Source: a bacterium (GTDB taxonomy: Bacteria > Patescibacteriota > Patescibacteriia > JBAXGH01). From it: DNA of 64,000 nt. The position numbers and the translations under genes are program-made. Under the pieces are notes generated by a model. The model saw only the letters and a program-made list of their open reading frames with translations, was not told where the DNA came from and ran no database searches. This document shows positions 1 to 8,984 of the stretch, in pieces; positions within the stretch are counted from its first letter, which is position 1, and each line of letters begins with the position of its first letter. Location of the stretch: positions 16,101 to 80,100 of the forward strand of contig JBAXGH010000001.1 of the NCBI GenBank assembly GCA_037139515.1, in the 5' to 3' direction.

Positions 1-1083
1 AAATATCGCGAGAATCACGAAGGGCGCCTCGTACTTATCGCGATCGCCTTGCTCGCTATGAGTCAGCATCCGCTCCTCGGGATTCCGCTCACGATTTTAA
101 TTTTTGTTTCAATTATATTTCCAAAGCACCAAAAACCAAAAACCAGAATTATTTTCGTTTTTATTTTGACGACTCTTTCTATTCCGCTACTCCTTGCAAT
201 AAATCAGATTAAGCTCGGTGCCACACCTTTCTCGTACACAAACCCACTCGCCCGCCTGGATTTCTTTTTCGGACTTTTTAAGAATTCTTACACGAATCCA
301 GAATCAGCGGATTTTTTCATGCGCGCGTTGTACGGATGGAAGACATATTTTCCGATCATCGGACTCGCGCTCGCCATGGTTGGCTTCTATCGAATCAGAA
401 AAAACGAATCCGCGCAGATTCTCGTTGCTTCACTTGCCGGCCTTCTGCTCGCGATTTTTGGTACCTCCACACTTTTTTATATTCCCGGCATTGCCTGGTA
501 CGAGCAGAGTGAATTTGCCTATCGCCTTCTATTTGCGCTTGGTATCGGACTTTTACCACTTATAATATCCGGGCTCGTCACGATTACCGAAAAGATAAAA
601 ATCGAAACGCTGATTCTCGTGCTTTCTTCATTTGCGATGACTATTTCCTGGTATTTTAGCTATCCGCAAAACAATCAAATCGTGAATGATAATGGCTCGA
701 GCGTCTCAGAATCTGATAGTGAGGCGATTAATTTCATCGAAACCCACGCGAAGGACAAATACGTAGTTCTCGCAGATCAAATGACCTCTGTTAGAGCGCT
801 CGAAATGCTTGGGTTCGAAAGAGCCCAAGGAAAACCAATTCCCATGTATCCGCTACCGGCACAGGAAGAAATCTATTCTGTGTTTTTGGAAATGGCTTGG
901 CAGTCACCGCTCCGAATCTATGCACTTCGAGCCATGGATATCGCGAAAGTAGATAAAGTATATTTACTTATTCCGAGCTACTACCCAGCTTCGGCAACGC
1001 TCAAACAAATTGCACAAAATGAAGCCGACTTTGTTTATGAAACTTCTAACGGCAACATGCTTATCGCCGAATATGATAGATAG
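1..1083 (+). CDS. integral membrane protein, 5' end outside window (partial)
   Basis: The reading frame is open from the first base of the window (ORF track start 49, in frame with position 1). There are multiple hydrophobic segments and no recognisable catalytic motif. Confidence 0.4.
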   Translation, partial: KYRENHEGRLVLIAIALLAMSQHPLLGIPLTILIFVSIIFPKHQKPKTRIIFVFILTTLSIPLLLAINQIKLGATPFSYTNPLARLDFFFGLFKNSYTNPESADFFMRALYGWKTYFPIIGLALAMVGFYRIRKNESAQILVASLAGLLLAIFGTSTLFYIPGIAWYEQSEFAYRLLFALGIGLLPLIISGLVTITEKIKIETLILVLSSFAMTISWYFSYPQNNQIVNDNGSSVSESDSEAINFIETHAKDKYVVLADQMTSVRALEMLGFERAQGKPIPMYPLPAQEEIYSVFLEMAWQSPLRIYALRAMDIAKVDKVYLLIPSYYPASATLKQIAQNEADFVYETSNGNMLIAEYDR

Positions 1084-1115
1084 CATGATATAATTACATC
1101 AACGCAAAAATTTTT

Positions 1116-1547
1116 ATGAAGAAGAAAGTTCTGAATAGTCCGGCACTCGCCGATAAGACGATGAAGATGGCTCTATTTTCCGCCGTCATCCTCTTCGCTG
1201 CCGCCACAAGCATACTGACGCTTGGATCCTCAGCTGCGACTGCACCAAAATCAAAAGCTCCGGCCGTAAAGGCAAAACCGGTTCCGGCAGCCTACAAAAA
1301 AGTAGGTTATAAGTTCCCCGGATACGCAACCCCTGGATACGTTGCTCCGGGATATGTAAGCCCAGGCTACGTCGCCCCCGGCTACACAGCTCCGGGTTAC
1401 GTGAATCCAGGCTACACACGCCCCGGATACGTAAACCCAGGATATACGTCGCCTGGTTATGTGAGCCCCGGCTATGTTGCTCCGGGATATGTGAGACCAG
1501 GATACGTAGCCCCGGGGTACAAGAAACCAGAATACATCCGCCAATAA
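1116..1547 (+). CDS. secreted tyrosine-rich pentapeptide-repeat protein: signal peptide, Ala/Lys/Pro linker, then about 17 tandem PGY(V/T)x repeats
   Basis: Direct reading of the ORF track translation. The N-terminal hydrophobic signal region MKMALFSAVILFAAATSIL is followed by GYKFPGYATPGYVAPGYVSPGYVAPGYTAPGYVNPGYT... through to the C-terminus. Confidence 0.6.
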   Translation: MKKKVLNSPALADKTMKMALFSAVILFAAATSILTLGSSAATAPKSKAPAVKAKPVPAAYKKVGYKFPGYATPGYVAPGYVSPGYVAPGYTAPGYVNPGYTRPGYVNPGYTSPGYVSPGYVAPGYVRPGYVAPGYKKPEYIRQ

Positions 1548-1551
1548 ACAC

Positions 1552-1583
1552 AAAAAAACCGGCTCGTGCCGGTTTTCTGTTTG
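1552..1583. terminator. rho-independent terminator, bidirectional, between convergent genes
   Basis: An A-tract is followed by the hairpin CCGGCTCGTGCCGG and then TTTTCTGTTTG. Confidence 0.6.
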
Positions 1584-1584
1584 C

Positions 1585-2538
1585 TTATTTTTTATTCATT
1601 TCATTTTCCACCACGCGCCCGGCCATGACCTTCAAAAAAGGCAGCATCACATCAAGAAGTAGGACAATTACCACAAGTTGAGGCACAACCTTCTGTTCAC
1701 TGAAAAACTGATCACCAACATATAGCGCGAGCGTAAAATTCATGTACATCATGCAAAGCGCAATCGTGATACGTTCCGAGACATTGCGCCAATAAATCAT
1801 GCGATAAGAAATCCAGACCAGGAATGCGATGTAAAAGAAAGTTATCATGAGCACCACAAAAGTCTTGAGCGACAGATGAAGCGCGGCCGGGTCTGAAGCC
1901 ACAACCGCAGTTTTACTGACAATCGAAGCGATTAGAAGGCCAAAAATCATCACCGATACAGTGCGCCAAATCGAACTTCCGCGCGCAACCAACTTCGGTA
2001 CCAAACGGCTCACGATATACGCAAGAATGAAAGGAATCAAAATCGCGGTCGCGAGTTCTCGAAGCATGAAAATAGCATGAATATGAACTTCAGCACCGGC
2101 GAAAATCTGAAAAACTATCGGCATGGTGAACGGCGCGAGAATACTCGTAACAACTGAAATAACGAGCGCGAGAGAAGTTTTTCCGTGAAAAAAGTCAGCT
2201 ACGAGCGCAATCGTCATACCGGTCGGACCGGCAAGCGCGATCAGAAATGCAAGCGCCCAATGTGGCGCGAAATATTTAAGCGGCAGATAAACCGCGACCG
2301 GCAAAAAAACCAGCATAAAAAAAGCGGCGAGCAGGTTCATTTTCCAATCGAGGGTGTATTTTTTCAAGTCGTTGATATCAATCCGAAGCGCGGAAAGAAA
2401 AAATATCAACTGCAACATGAAGGTGTTCCAGGAATGGAAAGGCTTAAAAAGCTCCGGATAGAAAAGCCCAGCCAAAAGCCCGACAAGTACAATAACAATC
2501 TGATTTTCGACCAGGAATCTCTTTATCGCTGTGAACAT
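1585..2538 (-). CDS. multi-pass membrane transporter, bile acid:sodium symporter (BASS)/AEC-like family
   Basis: About 10 transmembrane segments in 317 aa. The Pro/Gly-rich helix breaks (PTGMTIALVADFF, APFTMPIVFQ) resemble BASS-fold carriers. Confidence 0.4.
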   Translation of the reverse strand: MFTAIKRFLVENQIVIVLVGLLAGLFYPELFKPFHSWNTFMLQLIFFLSALRIDINDLKKYTLDWKMNLLAAFFMLVFLPVAVYLPLKYFAPHWALAFLIALAGPTGMTIALVADFFHGKTSLALVISVVTSILAPFTMPIVFQIFAGAEVHIHAIFMLRELATAILIPFILAYIVSRLVPKLVARGSSIWRTVSVMIFGLLIASIVSKTAVVASDPAALHLSLKTFVVLMITFFYIAFLVWISYRMIYWRNVSERITIALCMMYMNFTLALYVGDQFFSEQKVVPQLVVIVLLLDVMLPFLKVMAGRVVENEMNKK

Positions 2539-2612
2539 ATTTGTACAAATACTTTAGCACTCTTTGACATTCTTCCCCAGCCCCCTAGCGGTGTTTTCGC
2601 GGGTCAGGCACA

Positions 2613-4109
2613 ATGAGTGTCAAGAGAAGCTTGTCGCTCTCGCATATGTCATTCGCCGCTCTAATTTTTCCGCACCAACTTTTTGCCGAGCACCCGGCAC
2701 AAAAAGGCGCCAAGTCTACTTGGCTCTATGAATCACCGCATTTTTTTACCCGTTTCAAATTTCACAAACAGAAGTTGATTTTACACCGCGCTTCGATGAA
2801 GGCCTACGCCTCGAAGCTTCAACACAAGGTCCACGTCAGGTACGCCGACATAAAAAGCTTTCCGACGCTCGCACTGGTACTCAAAGATATCCGAAAACAC
2901 GGATATCGCGAAGTCCACATCGCTGATGTTCATGATTTCGCCCTCGCCGAGGAAATAACTCGCGAAATCAAGAAAGCTAAACTCAAAATCGTCACCCACA
3001 ACTCCCCGGCCTTCCTTCTCTCCACTCGGGAAACCGCTTCCATGCTTGGCGGAAATCCTCACGTGCAGATGTCGGCCTTCTACGCCAAAATGCGCAAGAA
3101 GTTCGGGGTTTTAATTGATAAAAAAGGCGAACCGGTTGGCGGAAGCTGGAGTTTTGAAAATGAAAACCGCAAAAGACTTCCGAAAAGCGCACCGATTCCT
3201 GAATTGCACTATCCAAACCGCTGCGAAACCGCACATGAAGCTTTTGATTACGTTGAAAAGAATTTTAGGCGTCACGGCGGGCACACCGAAGGCTTCATGT
3301 ATCCGACGACTCACACCGAAGCCGCGGCTTGGCTTGAGGATTTTTTGCGCCATCGCCTGGCCGAGTTTGGTGACTATGAAGATGCGATCGCCGAAGGCGA
3401 ACATGCGCTTTTCCATTCCCTGCTTTCCCCGCTTTTAAATATCGGGCTACTCACACCGCGTCAGGTTTTGGACGCCACACTTCATCACGCGCGCCGTCAC
3501 CCGATCAGACTGAATAGTCTTGAAGGTTTTATTCGTCAAATACTCGGTTCACGTGAATTTACACGAGCTATTTACGCTAATCACGGCAAGGAATTGCCGG
3601 AAATGAATTCTCTCCATAATCAGCGCAAGCTGAGCAAGGCTTTTATAAGCGGGACTACCGGTATTATCCCGGTCGATTTGACGATTAAAAAAGTCATGGA
3701 GACAGCTTATTGCCACCATACCGAAAGGCTGACCGTACTTGGAAACTTTTTATTGCTCACCGAAGTCAAGCCGAAGCTGATCCACGCCTGGTTCATGGAA
3801 AATTTTATCGATGCCGCCGAATGGGCCGTGGTTCCGAACGTCTTTGCGCAAAGCCAGTACGTCGACGGCGGATCTATCACCACCAAATTTCACCTAACGA
3901 GTTCAAACTATATTCGCAATATCAGCGACTATCCAAGCGGCGAATGGGAAAAAATCATGGACGCGCTTTTTTGGCGTTTTCTTTCCCGCCATGATGAGAT
4001 ATTAAAAGCTCAACCAAGACTAGCTTCACTATTTGAACAAATGCGAAAATCACCGGAAAGGCTGAAAAAACATATCGAGCTAGCGGACGGATTTTTGAAG
4101 AAATTGTAG
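2613..4109 (+). CDS. cryptochrome/photolyase-family protein (PhrB/FeS-BCP-like, COG3046-type)
   Basis: The N-terminal LIFPHQLF start is typical of COG3046 photolyase-related proteins. About 500 aa. Contains the FAD-binding-region-like HSLLSPLLNIGLL motif. Confidence 0.55.
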   Translation: MSVKRSLSLSHMSFAALIFPHQLFAEHPAQKGAKSTWLYESPHFFTRFKFHKQKLILHRASMKAYASKLQHKVHVRYADIKSFPTLALVLKDIRKHGYREVHIADVHDFALAEEITREIKKAKLKIVTHNSPAFLLSTRETASMLGGNPHVQMSAFYAKMRKKFGVLIDKKGEPVGGSWSFENENRKRLPKSAPIPELHYPNRCETAHEAFDYVEKNFRRHGGHTEGFMYPTTHTEAAAWLEDFLRHRLAEFGDYEDAIAEGEHALFHSLLSPLLNIGLLTPRQVLDATLHHARRHPIRLNSLEGFIRQILGSREFTRAIYANHGKELPEMNSLHNQRKLSKAFISGTTGIIPVDLTIKKVMETAYCHHTERLTVLGNFLLLTEVKPKLIHAWFMENFIDAAEWAVVPNVFAQSQYVDGGSITTKFHLTSSNYIRNISDYPSGEWEKIMDALFWRFLSRHDEILKAQPRLASLFEQMRKSPERLKKHIELADGFLKKL

Positions 4110-4129
4110 CGCCTTTCTCTCGCAAGCAA

Positions 4130-4165
4130 AAACCCCATCGTTGATTATAACGATGGGGTTTTGTA
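4130..4165. terminator. rho-independent terminator after the photolyase-like gene
   Basis: Perfect hairpin AACCCCATCGTT-gattataa-AACGATGGGGTT followed by TTTG. Confidence 0.6.
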
Positions 4166-4210
4166 AGTCGAAAATCGCGGCGTAGAAAGATGATGCGATA
4201 AAGTATGTTT

Positions 4211-4303
4211 GAAGTCGTACGAGCGACATTGGGCGTGTGTGAGCCGGCCAATCAGCCGTATCTTTGGCCGCCACACACACGCCCAAATCAGCGCTCGTGT
4301 AAG
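4211..4303. repeat. family-1 ~80-90 nt imperfect palindromic element, copy A (variant arms, conserved loop AATCAGCCGTATCTTT)
   Basis: The arms TTGGGCGTGTGTGAGCCGGCCAA and TTGGCCGCCACACACACGCCCAA flank a loop that is also found in copies at 5810, 37031 and 44624. Confidence 0.6.
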
Positions 4304-4312
4304 CCCGAAAAG

Positions 4313-5740
4313 TTATTTAGCCGTCTTCATCCATTCAACGAGATGCCGAGTCGCCAAGACATCATCCTCATTATAATCGACGATTTTTTGCAATATCTTT
4401 TTATCTTTTTTCTCCAACCAATCATGATACCAGGCAATCGAATTCGCGCCTGACGCGTCCGAAGAGCGCCACTTGAAACCGAGAAATTTAGCAATATCTT
4501 TGAGAGAATAAAAATATACCGGAAACAAAACCGAACGCGAAACAATCGGCAGCACATCAATCATGATTTCGCGATTACCAAGCACGCGCGCCGCAGTTTT
4601 CGTGATCCCGTATTTTTCCGTGAGCTCTTTTATCACGATAATTTCATACCAACCATAGTGATAAATCGCCAGGTTTTTGTAGCGCCCGATGAAAGCCTGA
4701 AATTCTTTCCAAGCTTTTTCTTCGCCGCTCGGTTTCTTCGCAAGAAAAGGTTTGAACTCAGACTTTCCGTTGCGTACCACCAAGCATCCAAACAAATAAT
4801 GCACGCTGCGCAAAGGATCAGATTCCATGTCGAAATATATTTCCGTTTTGGCTTTTGGAAAATTATATTTCTCAACAATCACGGCTTTTTTATCGCGCAA
4901 AGCCTCAGCCTGAAGCCTTAATCTTTCCAAACGCGGCTGAGTAATCGAAGGAACTTTAGCTTTCAACTTTCCAAGGTTGGCTCCGGCTAGCTTCTTGAGC
5001 TTTCCATAACCACCTTTCAGCAAAGCCTCTCTTTCGTCGGCACGAATCTTGTAAATCAAAGCAACATCGTCTTCGCCCTCGGCATCCAAAATACACTGTT
5101 TGAAATACGGCGACTGCTTACAGGAACCGTAAAGATGCGGTTCCGGCTTCTCCCCGGAAAGCAATTCTTCTACTTCCTTCAATTTTAAGTGATATTTTTC
5201 TTCGTAATCAGCGACGACCAATTCATGCGTGGCGCCAGTTGCATCAATAATATAAGCACGCTCCGGCATCACTCCCTGAGCTTTTTTCAGCAATTCCGAA
5301 TAGAAACACAGCTGCAACCGATGAACCTCTTCAAAGTGAGACGAGCGTTTGATATCGCACGGAACGTACATCCAATCACCCAAATCTGAAGTTCCATCAA
5401 CTCGTTCCAGCAAATCCGGAATCCCGACATAATTCCCATCCATGAGTACGCCGTGATAAATCAACCCAGCACCGTCTTTCATGTGCTTCAGGGTCATTTT
5501 TGCCTGGTCCTCCAGGTCGCCTTCATGTTTGATTTCAACCATGCTGGCTTTTTTCGATTTGAGGGCCACCATTTCTGCCTCATGCAAAAGGCCATCTTTC
5601 CAAAGCTTCTCCGTCATGGCCGAAACCGGCGCGCGTAGTTTGGCATCAGAAAAAGCTTCATGCCAAGGCCAAGCCGGACACTTCGAATATTGATAAAAAG
5701 ATGTGGCTGTGATGCGTATTTCTTGATTTTTCTTTTTCAT
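4313..5740 (-). CDS. RecB-family (Cas4-like PD-(D/E)xK) nuclease fused to an RNase H-like domain, TM0106-type
   Basis: A cysteine cluster typical of Cas4/RecB nucleases (CPAWPWH near the N-terminus, GSCKQSPYFKQC further on). The C-terminal half has the DMESDP...HYLFG pattern of an RNase H-like fold. Assigned by motif similarity only. Confidence 0.4.
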   Translation of the reverse strand: MKKKNQEIRITATSFYQYSKCPAWPWHEAFSDAKLRAPVSAMTEKLWKDGLLHEAEMVALKSKKASMVEIKHEGDLEDQAKMTLKHMKDGAGLIYHGVLMDGNYVGIPDLLERVDGTSDLGDWMYVPCDIKRSSHFEEVHRLQLCFYSELLKKAQGVMPERAYIIDATGATHELVVADYEEKYHLKLKEVEELLSGEKPEPHLYGSCKQSPYFKQCILDAEGEDDVALIYKIRADEREALLKGGYGKLKKLAGANLGKLKAKVPSITQPRLERLRLQAEALRDKKAVIVEKYNFPKAKTEIYFDMESDPLRSVHYLFGCLVVRNGKSEFKPFLAKKPSGEEKAWKEFQAFIGRYKNLAIYHYGWYEIIVIKELTEKYGITKTAARVLGNREIMIDVLPIVSRSVLFPVYFYSLKDIAKFLGFKWRSSDASGANSIAWYHDWLEKKDKKILQKIVDYNEDDVLATRHLVEWMKTAK

Positions 5741-5809
5741 GGATGTTTTTTCTCACCACCTCACACTTGATAAATTGCCGGAGCCGAAAAAAGTTGGCGT
5801 ATGCCCGAA

Positions 5810-5888
5810 GAAAGTGTACGGAGCCTATTCGTCGTCAGGCAATCAGCCGTACCTTTGCCTGACGAGCGAATAGGTCCGCACTTTCTGT
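5810..5888. repeat. family-1 palindromic element, copy B (GAAAGTGTACGGAGCCTATTCG...loop AATCAGCCGTACCTTTG...CGAATAGGTCCGCACTTTC)
   Basis: Imperfect inverted repeat with about 32-nt arms, read directly. It lies immediately 3' of the minus-strand PPIase gene. Confidence 0.65.
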
Positions 5889-5904
5889 AGTCCCCCGAGA
5901 AATG

Positions 5905-6564
5905 TTATTTAACCGTTACCGAAGTCATCTTATCCCCAACCACAATCTTATCAACCACTTCCATACCTTTGGTTACTTTACCGAAGATAGTATATGACGG
6001 TGGCAGTGGAGTATTCCCAAGCATGATGAAGAATTGCGAGCCGTTGGTATTCGGTCCCGCGTTCGCCATGGCTACAATTCCGCGATCGTAGCTGAGTTTC
6101 ACAGGTTCATCGTTAAAACGATAGCCAGGGCCGCCGGTGCCATTGCCAGAAGGATCACCGCCCTGAATCACAAAGCCTTCTTCGCGACGATGAAATGTCA
6201 GACCATTATAAAATCCGCCTTTTGTTAGATAAAGAAAGTTTGAAGCGGCGAGCGGAGCTTCGGCGCCAAAAACCTCGAATTCGATATTGCCTTTTGCGGT
6301 CTCGATCACGACGGTTTTTTTCAACAAATCCGCATCTGGTAACTTTCCAGGAAATTTCCATTCCATATTCTTTTTAGTTTCAGCGGCTGAGTTATTATCA
6401 GTTTTCGCAGTAATAGGATTATTTTGATCGTAAGCTGCAACCGGAGCCCGCGTATCCAGCAAATCCTGACTCGTACCATATGGCGTTACCGTACCAGTAG
6501 TATTTTGATTTCCACAACCAGCACCTAGGAACAGAAGCGCGAGCGCAAGAACGGTTTTTTTCAT
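5905..6564 (-). CDS. ppiB: peptidyl-prolyl cis-trans isomerase, cyclophilin type, lipoprotein
   Basis: Lipobox LFLGAGCG at the N-terminus. Cyclophilin motifs FHRREEGFVIQGGDP and SQFFIMLG are present. Confidence 0.8.
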   Translation of the reverse strand: MKKTVLALALLFLGAGCGNQNTTGTVTPYGTSQDLLDTRAPVAAYDQNNPITAKTDNNSAAETKKNMEWKFPGKLPDADLLKKTVVIETAKGNIEFEVFGAEAPLAASNFLYLTKGGFYNGLTFHRREEGFVIQGGDPSGNGTGGPGYRFNDEPVKLSYDRGIVAMANAGPNTNGSQFFIMLGNTPLPPSYTIFGKVTKGMEVVDKIVVGDKMTSVTVK

Positions 6565-6581
6565 AAGTTATTTATGAATAG

Positions 6582-7757
6582 CTATTTGTTATTTTTCGCC
6601 AAAAAGGCGTCTTCAGTATACACGTTTCGCGCGTTCCAGATGAGCCAGCCGGAGCCACCTTCATCCACAACCGCCTTCATCTGAGCCTGCACTTTCGCCT
6701 TGTCATAATCTGCGCCGATGTCGAAGTCCTGTATCCACGGCCGCGCCTGCCATTTCACTTCCGGCCATTCTTTCATGATATCTTTACCGCGCTTTAGAGT
6801 TTCAGCCACGATTTCGTAAGGATGCTCGGCTGGATTCTTAAATGTGAGCGTGCCCGGCGGGTAGTGTGAAGGATAAGCCATTGGCGAAAGAGCCGTAAAA
6901 TACGGCGCCGCATCTCTTATACGTTGACCAATGGTTAAATCTTCATCGCGATACCAAAACGCAAAACCGAACAGGTCGGCACTAATCGGAATTCCCTTTT
7001 GGCGCACTTCCGTATCCATATATTTGAAGAATCTGGTCATCACCTCGGAGCGCGATTCTTTAAGCGGGTCAAAATGCGTATATTTCACGAGTTTCATGTT
7101 TCCGTCAGACGGAAAACGAATATAATCAAGCTGAATTTCATCAAAGCCGAGTGCATATGCATCACGCGCAATTCTGGCGTTATAGCTCCACGCCTCTTCC
7201 GCAGCCGCATCGATCCAGGAAATACCCTTAAAGTCCTTCCAGACGCCACCGGCCGTGCTTTGAACCGCGAGCTTAGGATTAGATTCAACCAGCGCCCGAT
7301 CCTGAAAGATAAAAAGCCTAGCAATCACGTAAATGCCTGAGTCATGCAGCTCCTTAATCAATACGTCGATATCCTTCATGCTGGTTTTTTCAGAGAGATG
7401 TTTCGCGAGTTCCGGATCTTTGGCTGGATAAGCGATGCGACCGTAGTCATCCTTGATATCGATTACAACGGCATTTAGTTCGGTTTCCTTGAGCAATTTA
7501 AACATCGGCGCACGGCGCTTGGCGTCCATAGCCGTACCGGCAGTCATATAAAAGCCTTTCACAAAATCCGGAGTCTTGATGTGTGAAGCAGCTGCTACGG
7601 CTACTTTAACCGGCTCGGTAATTTTTATCTCATCTTTTGGCGTTTCATTCTTAATAGGCTTGAAAGACGCGAAGATAGATTGCCCGAAAAATACCAAAAC
7701 AAAAATTATAAGAGCTGTGATTTCCGGCAATAGTTTTCTGAGGCCTTCTTTTAACAT
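6582..7757 (-). CDS. TIM-barrel putative glycoside hydrolase-like protein (DUF4015-type), membrane anchored
   Basis: N-terminal transmembrane segment. The EIQLDYIRFP motif is characteristic of the DUF4015 family. Confidence 0.45.
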   Translation of the reverse strand: MLKEGLRKLLPEITALIIFVLVFFGQSIFASFKPIKNETPKDEIKITEPVKVAVAAASHIKTPDFVKGFYMTAGTAMDAKRRAPMFKLLKETELNAVVIDIKDDYGRIAYPAKDPELAKHLSEKTSMKDIDVLIKELHDSGIYVIARLFIFQDRALVESNPKLAVQSTAGGVWKDFKGISWIDAAAEEAWSYNARIARDAYALGFDEIQLDYIRFPSDGNMKLVKYTHFDPLKESRSEVMTRFFKYMDTEVRQKGIPISADLFGFAFWYRDEDLTIGQRIRDAAPYFTALSPMAYPSHYPPGTLTFKNPAEHPYEIVAETLKRGKDIMKEWPEVKWQARPWIQDFDIGADYDKAKVQAQMKAVVDEGGSGWLIWNARNVYTEDAFLAKNNK

Positions 7758-7816
7758 AGAGAAAATAAAACACTTCCGCGAAACTAAACTCTAGCAGAAA
7801 AATACAGCACCTTCAA

Positions 7817-8875
7817 TTATTTAACGTCCAGCTTCTCCCAAGGAAATTCGTTCCGCCCAAAATGCCCGTAACAAGCCGTTGCTTTATAAATCGGACGGCG
7901 CAAATCAAGCCGCTCCAATATCGAAGCCGGGCGAAAATCAAATTTTTCTTTCACGGTTTCGGTCAAATCTTTACCTTCTCCGGTACGGGCGCGCAAAAAT
8001 ACCGGTTTTTCTTCGCCACGAGAATAAATCGCCTCAATCATAACGGTGCGGCCTGCACCCATCGCAACTAAGTTTTTAGCCGCAAATCGACACATATAAG
8101 CACTCAAACGATCGATTTTTGACGGATCTTTTCCGGAAAGCGAACCGGCGCCCCAGGGCAAAACGCCACCATAAGTATCGGCTGCGAGCTTCTTTCCCGT
8201 CACGCCGGTATCAACTTGAAAGCCGCCCTGAGTAATTTTTCCGGAATAGTTGATATCAACTTTCACGCCGTCCAAATTCCGAAGCATGGACGCAACCACG
8301 CGTTCGAAAAGCTTGGTGCGAACCATCGAATCATCAACCGAGTCATCGTGTTGAACCATGATTTTGATGAACTTCGGATGTTGACCATCAAAGCCAACCA
8401 TGACTTTTCCGTCCGGACGCAGCCAATTGAAAGAAGAATCCGTGAGACGCAAATCATCCAGCCGTTTTGCGATAGCTTGCGCGAGTACCAAAGAAGCCGG
8501 TAAAAACTGCGGCGTCGCATTCGTAGCATAACCGCTCGCGATGCACATATCGTTAGCACCACCACGTTCACTTGTACGAATCGAATCAGGAGAATCGAGA
8601 GCAATGTTCACAAAAGGCTCAATCTCATCAAGATAACCGATTTCGTGATAGACCTGCTTGGCGACGGTTGCGACGTCAAAATCAGCCTTAGAAGTAACTT
8701 CACCGCCAATAACCATCATTCCGTGGGATCCAAAAACCTCTAAAGATACACGCGAATTGGGCTCGCGACGCAAATATTCATCCAAAACCGCATCGGCGAT
8801 TTGATCGCAGATTTTATCGGCTTGACCTTTAGTCACAACTTCCACGAATTGCATACGATCGGAGTGAAAAAACAA
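7817..8875 (-). CDS. metK: S-adenosylmethionine synthetase
   Basis: GQADKICDQIADAVLD (GHPDK-like) and GAGSLSGKDPSKIDRLSAY (GGGAFSGKDPSKVDRSAAY-like) motifs. The true start is probably the internal Met (MQFVEVV, about 8854). Confidence 0.85.
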   Translation of the reverse strand: MFFHSDRMQFVEVVTKGQADKICDQIADAVLDEYLRREPNSRVSLEVFGSHGMMVIGGEVTSKADFDVATVAKQVYHEIGYLDEIEPFVNIALDSPDSIRTSERGGANDMCIASGYATNATPQFLPASLVLAQAIAKRLDDLRLTDSSFNWLRPDGKVMVGFDGQHPKFIKIMVQHDDSVDDSMVRTKLFERVVASMLRNLDGVKVDINYSGKITQGGFQVDTGVTGKKLAADTYGGVLPWGAGSLSGKDPSKIDRLSAYMCRFAAKNLVAMGAGRTVMIEAIYSRGEEKPVFLRARTGEGKDLTETVKEKFDFRPASILERLDLRRPIYKATACYGHFGRNEFPWEKLDVK

Positions 8876-8906
8876 AAAATCAAGAAATCAAAAAATCAAA
8901 CTTCTT
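8876..8906 (-). promoter_or_regulatory. U-rich UUGAUUU-repeat 5' leader of metK with no Shine-Dalgarno sequence
   Basis: The minus-strand reading is UUGAUUUUUUGAUUUCUUGAUUUUUUG directly upstream of the start. The same motif precedes eno and gap. Confidence 0.5.
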
Positions 8907-8984
8907 GAAACCTTACGGGATTACGCAGAAGAAATCAATGCGAGTTTCGTCGCGTTGATTTCTTGCTTTATTGATTTATTGTGT

